A program made the translations under genes and the position numbers. Under the pieces are notes generated by a model. It saw only the letters and a list, made by a program, of their open reading frames with translations. It ran no database searches and was not told where the DNA came from. From Felis catus (Eukaryota), in contig NC_058368.1 of NCBI RefSeq assembly GCF_018350175.1, positions 150,910,001 to 150,974,000 on the forward strand: 64,000 nt of DNA, given 5' to 3'. This document shows, piece by piece, positions 50,731 through 64,000 of the stretch (its first letter is position 1; each line of letters starts with the position of its first letter).

Positions 50731-51307
50731 TAACTTAAAATTGATTTTAAACTGAGCTCCCATCTCAGATCAGCATACCCTAGAAGAAACAAAGTTAATT
50801 TTACCATTTTAAGTGAGATGATAATCACACATGGAGAATGAGGTAAGAAAAACTGACAAAATATGTATGAAATTACTTCAAAAGTATAAAATACTATTAT
50901 TTATTCATTATTTAAAATCAATTTATGGAGCACCTACTATGCATTAAGCAAATTGCTCAGGATAAAAGTGAAAAATAAAGTGATAGATAACTGCTGACCA
51001 TTATTTAAGGGTCAGTGTCCAGAGTAAAATGATTTAACAAGGCAATGAGCTATAACACAGTAAAATTAAAGAATGAGAACATTGGAATAAGCAAATTTTC
51101 CCAGAACTCACCTAGGAGGTAGGAAATTTATGTACATATTTCTTTCTACTTCTTCACTTCCTTTTAATTTTTCCAAACCATACTCTTTATATACCTGCTT
51201 TTGAGGAGGGTAAAGCTATAATAAATATATTGGAAAACAATGCTCACAGCACTCACAGACTAGCCAGGGAGACATTTCTATAAAAAAAAAAAAAAACTGT
51301 TTCTTTC

Positions 51308-51456
51308 TCTTTTTTTTTTTTAAGGTTTATTTATTTTGAAAGAGAGAGCAAGAGAGACAGAACAATTGGGGGAGGGGCAGAGAGAGAGGGAGTGAGAGAA
51401 TCCCAAGCAGGCTCTGCACTCCGCCCTGAGCCCAATAAGGGGCTTGATCTCACAAT
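51308..51456 (-). mobile_element. 5'-truncated CAN-SINE
   Basis: T-tail, gagagaatcccaagcaggctctgcac...ggggcttgatctcac; head missing; no TSD seen. Confidence 0.85.
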
Positions 51457-52529
51457 GTTGGTCATAGTGCCATCTCTAGGTAGAGGTATACTCTGCTGCT
51501 TCTTGTTTAATCTCCCGTGCCCTCACTGTCAGTCCTTCCCTGCCCCACAATCAGTCTGATCTCCCTGCCCTCCACACTCTACTTGTGAGCATGAATCTTC
51601 ATAGGTGGAAACAGACAGAAAGATCCTCTTCAGATGTCTATTGCTAAAATGCTTAGCATGTCCCAAGAGCATCCCAACAAGACTAGATTACTGCACTACT
51701 TAATTGTTATCTTAAGTGACACACAGACACAAATAGAAGTACAAAATTATGCTACAGGTGATGCTTCTAATAAATTAAAAATAATCCTATAATTTATATC
51801 ATTTGTTAGAATTCACAAAAATTTTTGTGTGCATTATGTATTTGAGCTTCATAAACATCTAGATCTAGTAGTCCTCTTTAAAGATGAGGAAACTGTGATT
51901 CACGTAACTGAAGAGACCTCCTAACCCACATGATCTACTAAGTCAAAACCCTTTTAAGGGGAGGATAAGGAAGAGGAGGGTTAGGTACGCATGGCCAGGG
52001 CAGCAATGAGGGAGGGACATAATAAAGATGAGGTTGCCAAGATACAAATATTACCACTTGACTCCAGACTTCCCCACTATCAAGTCGATGAAAAACATTT
52101 TCAAATTTAACTTACTTAGAGGATTGCTGCTTTCCTGCTAACTACCAATGTCTACTAAGAAGGAAGAAAACTATTGCAAGTAAATTAGAAATCAAATGCT
52201 GTTGATGACAAGCTCTAATAAAACAAATCATATCATGTGGTCATTCTCTTGACCAACCCTAATTTTTGCCTTTTTGTAGAAATTCACTTGGGATTTTCCC
52301 ACATAAACAAACATAAAATGAAATTCCATTGTGTTTTACCAATGCATAGAGTATTCAAGTTGAATTTAAGAGGAATTAAGAATTAGGACTGTTTATCTGT
52401 ATTGAAGACCATATTTCACTTAATAAATGTAAAAGTGTAGTGACCATGAGAACAAACAAAAAATGCCATAAGCACAAGCAAAAAAATGGCAGAGAGACAA
52501 CAAAAGTACATTAGACCATTCATTTATCT

Positions 52530-52830
52530 ACACATTAGTTTTTTTATTCTTTCAACAAACGTTTATTGAATATTTACCCAGGGTTAGGAACTGTGCTACA
52601 GAAAAAGATACATAAGTCATGGCTTCTGCCGCTGAAAAGCTACCACCTAGTAAGATTAACATCATTAAGTGACTAGAGAACACAGTAAAAGCTACAACTA
52701 AGTTACAAACCAAGTGCCAAGACTCTATAACAGAATGGATCCATTAACTACATCTGAGGAGTTTGAGGAAGACTTCTTGAAGGCAGGAACATTTTAGCTG
52801 TATCTGGAAGTCTGCAGACGTGACTATTTT
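52530..52830 (-). mobile_element. L2 LINE 3' fragment
   Basis: ttcaacaaacgtttattgaatatttac...aggaactgtgcta. Confidence 0.65.
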
Positions 52831-53297
52831 AAGGAAATACGTTTGGTGAATGTGAGTAAATGGGTTTACATGCAAGGATAAGGGAAAGGTAAGGCAGATA
52901 ATTGTCTTTCCTTCTAGAAGAAGAGTGTACCCTGGAAGAAGTTTGCCATATAATTCATGTTGAGATTGAGATTCAAAACCAGCGAGAAGAACAATAAGAA
53001 GGAAATAAAGGCAGTTGAATGGATTAGGGCAGAGAAATGTTCTAGATCAAGATTCATCATGGAGTGGATTTGATCTTGAGGAAGAAAGTCTCAACATCAC
53101 ACATCTACAAAAGTAAAAAAGAACAGGGCAATTACATGGAGCCATGGAATTGTGAAGCCCAAAGCCATTAATGTCTAAGAGTTGTTACAAATGTAAGCCA
53201 AAATGCATTTTCCCACAAGAAGCTAATGAGCTCCTGAGATTTTTTTAAGACAGCACCAAGCTTCTAGGAAGCTTCTCCCTAAAGAAGGCTCTTAAGT

Positions 53298-53529
53298 GGG
53301 GCGCCTGGGTGGCGCAGTCGGTTAAGCGTCCGACTTCAACCAGGTCACGATCTCGCGGTCCGTGAGTTCGAGCCCCGCGTCAGGCTCTGGGCTGATGGCT
53401 CAGAGCCTGGAAGCTTGCTTCCAATTCTGTGTCTCCCTCTCTCTCTGCCCCTCCCCCGTTCATGCTCTGTCTCTCTCTGTCCCAAAAATAAATAAATGTT
53501 GAAAAAAAAAATTTAAAAAAAAAAAAAAA
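53298..53529 (+). mobile_element. young felid SINE (SINEC_Fc type)
   Basis: Near-identical to 21862 and 29510 copies; perfect 16-bp TSD AAAGAAGGCTCTTAAG at 53281-53296 and 53530-53545. Confidence 0.97.
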
Positions 53530-53651
53530 AAAGAAGGCTCTTAAGGAGTCTAGAGGTGCTGGCAACAACACCAGTGAAATCTTCACTCTTCCACATTTGA
53601 GTCTCCCCCTTTTAATCCACTAATGCAGAGCCTTTGAAGAAAATCATTTCA

Positions 53652-55060
<1,409 letters not shown>

Positions 55061-55103
55061 AAGAAAATCATTCCATTCTCTCATATAAAAACAGCTACCA
55101 CTC

Positions 55104-55360
55104 TTCCAGTTATGGAATGAATAAGTTACAGGAATAAAAGGCACAGCATAAAGAATATAGTTAATGATATTGTAATTGCAATGTATCTGGACAGATGGTA
55201 GCTACACTTGTGATGAACATAGCATAATGTATAAACTGTCATATACCTGAAGCCAATGTTCTCATTGTTTCCATTGCTTCAATGTTTTCATAGAGTTGAT
55301 ATTGTATGTCAACTATACTCAGTTTTTAACATTTTAATAATAAAAATAATTAAAAGTTAA
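55104..55360 (+). mobile_element. L1 3'UTR terminus (L1MA9/L1_Carn-like)
   Basis: ttccagttatggaatgaataagt...gacagatggtagctacacttgtg...tgtcaactatactc followed by an A-rich tail. Confidence 0.85.
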
Positions 55361-57561
55361 AACGGAACCACTAATTTTTTGCTGAAGTACATGACTGAAA
55401 AGAACATTACTTAATAAGACTCTAAATGTTCCAAGTTGATCTTACAAAATCCTAGAACCCCAGCATAGATGCTAGTATAATTGTCACAGATATAAAATGA
55501 ATCTAGAATGCTACCATGAAGAAAAAGGAAGTTTCTTAATATTTGGTGAAAAGTGATAGAAGTTATTTTTAAATTTCTGAGATTTAAAAAATAGAACATT
55601 TCTTTCATGATTCTTTACAGTTATCCATCAATTTTCAGAACAATGATTTGGATTCCAAAAATGACCAATAAAATATGCTTTTGCAATATCATTAACTCAT
55701 ATTTTAACATAGTTATTAATTTTTTAATCCATTAGAGTAATTTACATATGTTTATATGTATTAGTTATACACATCGGTATTAGTTACTGACATAGCAACA
55801 ATATTTAAGAATTTTCTAAAAATAATCACCTATTATCCTAATATATGTGGGGTTTTTTGCATATTTCCTTTTATAAGCAAAAAATAGAATTTTTGAATAT
55901 TGTAATGATTTTACTGTTGGAAGTAATAAGATGGATACTGCAAAAGTCCTTGAAAAAGAAAGTTGGGTAACCAACGATATGAAATGAACCAAAAAAATAC
56001 TAGGTAGTCTCAAAACTGAAGAACAAGGCTTGAATAATCAGATATAGCCAAGGGCCATGTTGGTGATTGTGCCATTATAAAGGATAGTTCTTTATAATGG
56101 TTATATTTTAATACTTTGGAAATGGATCAAAAGTAGAGGTCATAGTTGAAAGTTCAGAGGTGAAGTAACATGGAAAACATAATAATGAGCTTTACTTTAA
56201 TCACTTAATACACAAGTTTAAGTCTGATTTCCTTTAAACAAAGGACTATTATCTGAAGAACACCAAAAGACCTTGTCAAAGGGAAGATTATTTGAAGTTT
56301 AAGTTCTAAACTCTTTTAAGGGCTTAAAGTATTGTAAGGAGACCCTTTAAAATATATCACCACTGTTGGGGACTCTGCAAAAGTGAAATGAGGAGAAACC
56401 TTATTTTTAATATCTTTGAAAAGGAGATTCTGTCTTTAGAAGAGTTCTCCAGAGTTCACAGGTTGGAAAACCGACCCATTATAACTAGTTTTGCATCTGG
56501 AAATTTTATAATCCTTAGGATGACATGATGAACTAGATGAACCCTTATGAGCACTTCCACACCTGCATGCCTGTGATGTCCTTTCCAAAATAAACCCTTG
56601 AAGTACCACAAAGATCAGTTTGAAGTATCTGAGAATAGCTGAAATCTATGCTGTCCTTTCACTATCTTTTGGGATATTCTTGGCTAAAATAAATTTCTAC
56701 CATAGGTTTATAAGTGTGATGATAATACGTGTAACTGAATTCAGGGGCAGTTGAAAGATAAATATGTATTGATCAATCTATTATGTAAAATATATCTCAG
56801 GTAATTTCTTAATTTCCCAAAGATGTATAATGGCTAAAAGTTTATTTCCACGGGCATATTTTGAAAACATAGATGATCTAAAAACTTCTTTTTGGATCAT
56901 TTAAGATCTCTTGCTTTCTTAAATAGAATATAGACATAGGTGGATGGGCAGTAGCCGTACTTTCTCAAAGAAGATATAATGGATGTTTACACAAACATTC
57001 CTAGAAAAATCAAACACTTCACACAAGGTTGAATGAAAAAGGAAGTGTTTTATTTTAACATGTGTAGTGTAATCGCACCGAAGAATTTTTACTTAACTTT
57101 ATTACTGTCACTTTGTTCAGAGCAACTCCTAAGAGGTGCTTTAAGGATCTCCTACACCTACCTGTAGACAGATAAGGCCTTCAGTGTAGTAGTAGATGTA
57201 TATTAGAATGGGAATCGGAATTGGAAGCTATAGCTAGATAAGTGGATTAAACACATTTTTCAGACACAAACATTTTTACAGAAGTATTTATGAGTGAAAA
57301 GATATGCTATCTGGGATTTGCTTTAAATCATACAATAAAAATGAATGTCATTAAACCCATTAACATTTAACTGATTCTATTATTCCTATCTTACCATTAA
57401 CAACTGTATATTTTAAATTTTTTCTTGGCATCCTGGGTAAAAAAGATGACCTAGATTTGCATAAACTATAAATCTCACAATTTAAATGTAAATTCTAAAT
57501 ATTATAAAGACGTGTTTACCAGATCCTTTGGTACATTATCTAGATAAAAAAAAAATCTTCA

Positions 57562-57661
57562 GGGGCTCCCTTCTGCTTGCTAGAAAGGATGCTGCCTAAT
57601 TCACAAATTGCTTAATAAAGCTGATTAGATTTTCAATAAATAAATAAATAAACAAAAAAAT
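57562..57661 (+). mobile_element. ERV LTR R-region fragment with A-rich tail (carnivore ERV1-class LTR-like)
   Basis: ctcccttctgcttgctagaaaggatgctgcctaattcac...AATAAAgctgattagat, then (TAAA)n/A tail. Confidence 0.6.
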
Positions 57662-57809
57662 ATAAAATAAAATATTCCAATGGGTGTTTTGGCAAAACTG
57701 ATAGGAAGTTCATTTATTTCAAGTCCCTAAGATTACTAACTTTTACATAGCCACGCAGAGCGGATCTCAAGTCACAATACGAGCAAAAGACAGGTAACCA
57801 TACTCATTG

Positions 57810-58752
57810 CCAAATTTCTGATCTTTCACCTCCCCAAATTGCTCCTACCAGTGCCCCCCATCTCAAACAAATGGCGACTCCCAACTTTACAGCAGTTCAA
57901 TGCGAAAATCTTAGAGTCATCCTAGGCTCCTGTATTTTTCTCAGTTCTCTCAACTAATCCATTAGAAATGGGTCAGCGCTACTTACCTGGATCTTTTACC
58001 CAGATCTCTGACCACTTCTCACCACTTGAACTGCTACCAGTTTGCTTCAAGCCATGGTCACCTCCTTACCATATTGCAATAACTGGTCTGCCATCTCAGA
58101 GAATAGAGGATATTCTCAAAATAGCACTTACAGTGTTCTTTTCAAAGTATATGCCAAAAAAAGAAAAAAGTATATGCCAGACCACATCACTCCCTTGCTC
58201 AAAATCCTCCAAAGATTTCTTATCTCAATTGAAGTAAAAGCCAAAGACCTCAAATAACTTAATGACTCTCCATTTTTCCTCTGACATTATCTCCTACTAA
58301 TCTTCCCTCCCTCATTTTACTCCAGCTGAACTGCCCTCCTCAAATACTTTAAGCATACTTTCACCTCAGGACCTTTGCAATTGCTGTTTCCTTTGCCTGA
58401 AACACTCTTCCTTCAGAGCTGCTATTTCCTCCAAGAACTACACAGCTTGCCTCCTCATATCCATTGATTTTCTTTAAATGTCATCTTCTCACTGAGGGCT
58501 TCCCCATGAGGGAGGGGATGCTACTTAACATAGCAATCCCAACTCAAAGCCCTGATCCCCTTCATTCCATAGCATCTGTTACCATCTGACATGCTATATG
58601 CTTAACTTCTTTGTTTATCATGTCTTTCACCACAACTAAAATAAGCTTACTGAGGGAAGATATTTATGTCTGTCTGGTTCACTGCTATGTGTTTGGCATC
58701 TAGAAAAACACCTAGCTTTAATACATATTTGTAAACGAATGAAAGAATGAAT
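57810..58752 (+). mobile_element. L2 LINE (L2a-like) 3' ~0.9 kb
   Basis: aatcttagagtcatccta; cctcaggacctttgcaattgctgtttcctttgcctg; ends atacatatttgtaaacgaatgaaagaatgaa. Confidence 0.85.
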
Positions 58753-59903
58753 TCCCCCCAAAGCCAAGATTTTCAAAGTATTTAAAATTTTCTCATATGC
58801 AAGATTTATATATAAATTATTGACTTTTCCCTTCACAAACCACAGATCTCTTCTCTTTTCTTGAATATATCTTCAAATGATCTTTCCTCTCACATTCCCA
58901 CTTTAAAAATTCACTGACCATGAAACTGCATTAAAATATCTACAAGTCACTGCATTTCTCAAGCAAGAGCCAAGTTGAAAATTCTAGTTTGGAAGAATAG
59001 TTTAAGCTGGATTCTGTGTTCTAAAAATCGATAAGGAAAGGGAAAAAATGTTGAACATTCAAAGTTCCGAGTATATCCATCAATTCCGAACACTTGTGGG
59101 GTAACTCAATTCTATTCCTATACACAGTTCAGACAAAACTGACTCTGTAAAAACACTTTTTACATTAAGAGGATACAAATAATTTTATAATTTTTTAACC
59201 CAAATCTGTATTTCCCTCAATTTTTGAGGCATGAGTTGCCACCTTGCAATGAACACATAGGTTTGTCCTGATGAAGATCAAACTTGATTTCAGTCTCCCT
59301 GAGGACAGGAAAGGTGGCACAAACATTTGCATTTTTTTATAGTTCACAGTCTCAAACACTGAATTTACACTAGATACATTTTTATCGGCTATCTAGTCTA
59401 GGCTTTACCACTAGCTGAGTGATCTTGAATAAGTCAACCAACATCTCTGGCCATGTTTTCTCCTCTTCAAATGAAAAACAAACAGGATTGAACTGACTGA
59501 CCTCAAACTATATCCCACTCTGATTTTCTAAAATGCACAAATCTAAATACTACAGTTTTATTCATTACATCAGAGGTTATCAAACTTGTCATCCGTGCTT
59601 TGTTCAATCCTTCTGTTTTTAAAGTTACAGTTTATTTTTATCATAATTTATAAGTACTATTTAACTTACAGCCATTCTTCTCTGTTGACACAAAATGGTA
59701 TTTGCATATAGTAATGAGCTGATGAATTTTGCTAGTCCTTAATCTGGTGTTCTGAGATTCAGTGGGGATGCTCTGGGAAACATCTGTTAAATATTTGCAT
59801 GTCTTATACCTCACAGTCTCTGATGGCTAAAGTCCTAAGACGCTTTTTAGATTTATGGTATTAATGGGCATTGGTGACGATGCCGCTCAAGAACTCGTAT
59901 TGT

Positions 59904-60097
59904 GGGGCACCTACATGGCTCGGTCAGTTAAATGTCTGATCTCTGCTCAGGACATGATCTCATGGTTCCAGAGTTCAAGCCCCATGTGGGGCTCTCTGCT
60001 GTCAGCACAGAGCCCGCTTGGGACACTCAGTCTCCCCCTCTGTCCCTCCTCCACATGCACACACACACTCTCTCTCAAAAATAAATAAATTTAAAAA
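59904..60097 (+). mobile_element. CAN-SINE (cluster copy A)
   Basis: ggggcacctacatggctcggtcagttaa...aaaataaataaa. Confidence 0.92.
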
Positions 60098-60115
60098 AAG
60101 AATTTGGTTGTATCT

Positions 60116-60478
60116 GGGCGCCTAAGTGGCTCAGTAGCTTAATCATCCGACTCTTGATTTCAGGTTAGGTCATGATTTCATGGTGGAACCAAACCCCACA
60201 TCAGGCTCCATGCTGGCAGTTAGGATCCCCCTTGGGTTTCTCTCTCTCCCTCTCTCTCCTCCCCAACTTGTGCACACGTATGCATGTGCTCTCTTTCAAA
60301 ATAAATAAATAAACATTTAAAAATGTGTTGTTTATTTTGGGGAGGGAGAGAGAGAGAGAGCAATGCAAGACTTGATCCCGCGACCCTGGGATCATGACCT
60401 AAGGTGAAATCAAGAGTCGGACATTCAACCTACTGAGCCACCCGGATGCCCCAATAAATAAACCTTTTTGCAAAAAAG
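60116..60478 (+). mobile_element. CAN-SINE (cluster copy B), tail interrupted by copy C
   Basis: gggcgcctaagtggctcagt...ctcttgatttc. Confidence 0.88.
60319..60452 (-). mobile_element. CAN-SINE (cluster copy C), internally deleted
   Basis: gggatcatgacctaaggtgaaatcaagagtcgg...ctgagccacccggatgcccc; TSD AATAAATAAAC(A/C)TTT at 60304-60318 and 60453-60467. Confidence 0.88.
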
Positions 60479-61298
60479 AAGAATTTGTGTTGTGTTGATA
60501 GAATAAACATGTCAGAAAGAAAAGGGAAAATTCTGAGTTCTGGATAATGCAAAATTTCTTTGTAATAGAATTTCACATTTATATTTGAAAAGCTGTATCT
60601 CCTATTTAGTGAATTCCAAAATTTTCAAATCATTAATGAAGTCACAATGTGAAGTATTCATTTGAGACTGCTGAAAATTTGCAGATTGTGAGAATGATGG
60701 GCTTGGTAACATGACAGATGATTCACACACACATTCCACACTCTCTTGACTCATTTCTAAAAACACTTTCTGGCTTCTAACTCCATGCCCCTGACAGTAT
60801 TACTTAAAACTAATTTTTTAATCAATCTAAAACATACTTAATGCTACAATAATGACATCATGCATTTCTTACATTATCAGCAAACTAAGAAGATTTCAAA
60901 GAACTTGGGGTGAAAAAGTAGCCCATGGATAAATTAGACCTGAGGCTAACCACATGGAAAATCCAGACATATCCCACTGACATTTATCATGTAACAATAG
61001 CTAATACTTACTCAACACTTACCAAAGGCCAAGAAATGTTTTAAGAACAGTTTTAAATAATGAAGAATACTGTAATGTTAAAGAAAATAAAAATGTGCAA
61101 AATTTTAAACTTCATTTAAAGACTGAAAATGCACTAAAATGTTGCCTTTGCAGTTAAGTAATGGAATTCCAATTTTTTCCTTTTTTATCCTTTTCTGTAT
61201 TTACTCATCTACAATCGACATTAGTTTTCCAGATTTATTGAGGTATAACAGAAAATAAAATTTGTCATGTATCATTTATAAACATAAAAATAAATATA

Positions 61299-61500
61299 GG
61301 GGTACCTAGGTGACTCAATCAATTAAGCATCTGACTTCAGCTCAGGTCATGATCTCACAGTTCGTGAGTTCAAGCCCTGCATCAGGCTCTCTGCTGTCAG
61401 CACAGAGCCCACTTCGGATCCTCTGTCCCTCTCTCTGTCTGCTCCTCCCCTACACATGTGCACTCTCTCTCAAAGTAAATAATAAAACACTTAAAAAAGA
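61299..61500 (+). mobile_element. CAN-SINE (no TSD seen)
   Basis: ggggtacctaggtgactcaatc...cagctcaggtcatgatctcacagttcgtgagttcaagccc. Confidence 0.92.
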
Positions 61501-61930
61501 AGTGACTCATCTCCTCTACCAATGGGGTATTCTTTCCTTGCTTCTATTAGTACAGTTAGTATACACTGATTCCAACACAATTAAAATTACAAATAGTGAC
61601 ATAGATACATTCTAGTATCTTATTTGATTAAAAGTGATTAATGCCATGCAAAGACAGATGAATCTTAAATGCATATTGCTAAGTGAAAAAAGCCAGTCTG
61701 GAAAGGCTACACTGTATGATTTCATTTATATGACATTACAGAAAAGACAAAACTGTACAGATAATAAATAGACTAGTAGTTACCAGGGGTTTGGGGCTAG
61801 GGAGAAGGGTTGATCAGGTGAAGAACAGGAGATATTTTTTTAGGATGGTGATACTATCCATATGATACTGAAATGGAGAATACATGATATGCACTTGTTA
61901 AAAACCATAGAATTAAAGCCCAAAGAGTGA

Positions 61931-62170
61931 GAGCACCTGGGCGGCTCAGTGGGTTAAACATCCAACTCTTGATTTTGGCTCAGGTCATGAGTTCACAGTT
62001 TGTGAGTTCTAGCCCTGCATCGAGCCCCGAGTCAGGCTCCACACTGATAGTGTAGGGCTGCTTGGAATTTTCTCTCTTCTTCTCCCTCTCCCTCTCTTCC
62101 TCCCCCTCCCCCGTTGATGCTTGTGCCTCTTTCTCTCTCTCTCAAGAATAAAAAAAAATTGAAAAAAACT
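61931..62170 (+). mobile_element. CAN-SINE
   Basis: gcacctgggcggctcagtgggttaaacatccaactcttgattttggctcagg. Confidence 0.93.
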
Positions 62171-62412
62171 TTTATTTAAAAAAAATTTTAAATGTTTACT
62201 TATTTTTGAGAGAGACAGAGACAGAGAGAGAGAGAGAGAGACAGTGCAAGCCCAGGAGGGGCAGAGAGAGAGGGAGACACAGAGTCTGAAGCAGGCTCCA
62301 GGCTCTGAGCTGTCAGCACCACAGCCCAACAGGGGGCTCAAACTCACAAACTTTGAGGTCATGACCTGAACCAAAGTCAGACGCTTAATTGGCTGAGCCA
62401 TGCAGGTGTCCC
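62171..62412 (-). mobile_element. CAN-SINE
   Basis: agagagagggagacacagagtctgaagcaggctccaggctctgagc...ggctgagccatgcaggtgtccc. Confidence 0.93.
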
Positions 62413-64000
62413 TAGATGATTTTTTTAAACTTGCATATAGTAATGTTCACTCTTTGTGCTTTAAAAGTTTGTTTTTTGTTTTTTTTTAGGAGTGCCTAAA
62501 AAACAACCTCACTGAAGAGAACAAGAGAATAAGGTGCTGACCTAAGTAATTTGGAAATGTGTAGAGTCTGTACATAAGTTCTGTGCTCTAGTTGATAAAG
62601 TTGTTGAAATCACTATATATCTATACTGGAATTAGAAAATTAAACAAATGAATGGCAGGCAAATGGTAGAAGCCAGGTTTCTCACTGTTGGGAGTGGGGA
62701 GATTGTGTACAGATAAGCAGAGAGAAGGCTACAATGATCCATGTGCTAATAGATTAACCTTAAGGACAACAGCATGAATTTCTGTTTAATATATATACAA
62801 ATGGATATATAGAGAAATATTTATAGATATGTTTATACACGTTGGTTAGCATATACACATGTATTTTCTTGCTTTTTCAGCTGAGAGGTTCTAGCAGCAA
62901 AGATACACCAGAAATAACAAGCACACCTAGTGCCCAGAACTTAGTTTCCAATCAAAGGAACCAGAGTTCCTTGGAGAAATTGCTGACTCTAGAACTCAGG
63001 TAGAAAATGGACAAAATGAGCCTAAAGCATCTTGCAGTTCCAGAAAGTAAGAAAATGTTACTTACGCACACACAGAACACATGCATGCATGCACACACAC
63101 TGATGGGAGAATGTCAAAGGGACACGGTAGCCAAATGAAAAACCTCCCAATGGGCAAAGTTGGAACAATTTGAACAATGAAATAAAGTACTATTGAATTC
63201 TAACTCCATGCAGATATAAATTATTGAATAAATAAGTCAACAGGGGATAAGAGACAAATCTCTCATGCAGAAAAAATTTAAATAATTTATGTAAATACTG
63301 TACCCTCAAAGAGATAGTGTATAATTCCCCACCCCTTATGTGTGTGGTACCCATACTGACTTTCTTGCAAGTGGGAAAGTATTAAAAGGGGAGGGAAATA
63401 TTAACTTTATGGTTAATTTTAACCCCAGCCAGGTTGTCAAAATTAATGATGTCAATCGTGATTAAGTCATGTTGATAGTAGATCATCTTGATATGATGCA
63501 ATGAAAAGTGTACTTTACCTTTGTGGCCCTCTTTCCTAATACCCAGAGCTACAGGCTAATCTTGAAAAAACATCAGACCAATCCCAACTGAGGAACATTC
63601 TACAAAATATCTGACTAGTACTTCTCAAAGCTGTTAAGGTTCTCAAAAACAAGGAAAATATGGAAAACTGTCATAGCCAAGAGAAGCGTAAGGAAACATA
63701 GTGACTAAATTTAATATGACATCCTGGATGGGGTCCTGGAACAAAAAAGGATATAGTATAAAAACTAAGGAAATCTGAATAAAATATGGACTTTAGTTAA
63801 TAATAAGGTATCAATACTGGTTCATTAACTTTGGCAAATGCGCCATACTAATATAAGATGTCAATAAGAGAGGGAACTGTGTGCAGGGTATATGGGAAAT
63901 TTCTGTACTATTTTCACAATTTTTCCATAAATCTATATTTACTCTAAAATTTAAAGTTTATGTTTTTAAAGGTAATTAGTAACTTCAGCCAAACATTCTT

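Larger units (their letters stand above)
61600..63962 (+). mobile_element. L1MC3-like 3'UTR, interrupted by two SINEs and a small inversion
   Basis: gatgaatcttaaatgcatattgctaagtgaaa; aacaacctcactgaag...aggtgctgacctaagtaa; tggactttagttaataataa...ttctgtactattttcacaattttt. Confidence 0.85.

Overview
Mammalian, almost certainly felid (cat-family), nuclear DNA. It is AT-rich and CpG-poor and carries about 16 carnivore tRNA-derived SINEs (CAN-SINE), three of them near-pristine Felidae-type (SINEC_Fc) copies. I can support no intact protein-coding gene; the ORF track is repeat-derived or random except for fragments of one retrocopy. The first ~18 kb is strikingly transposon-poor, with motif-dense islands and one candidate 63-nt in-frame exon, consistent with constrained regulatory or intronic DNA. 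The remaining ~45 kb is a dense mosaic of L1, L2, MIR, HAL1, MaLR/ERVL LTR and hAT repeats. It includes a full-length, dead SMARCE1 (BAF57) processed pseudogene (53652-55060) with target-site duplications (TSDs). The best-supported unusual items are structural fossils: a ~315-bp micro-inversion revealed by an inverted TSD (62170-62487), a ~300-bp local sequence copied into the middle of a MER5A (25131-26958), a short L1 with a 3' transduction (24048-24286), a twin-primed L1, a rearranged MLT1/ERVL composite and a poly(A)-tailed ERV LTR fragment. I found no convincing evidence of a novel multi-gene system. Repeat family names come from recalled consensus similarity, not a search, and boundaries of old repeats are approximate.
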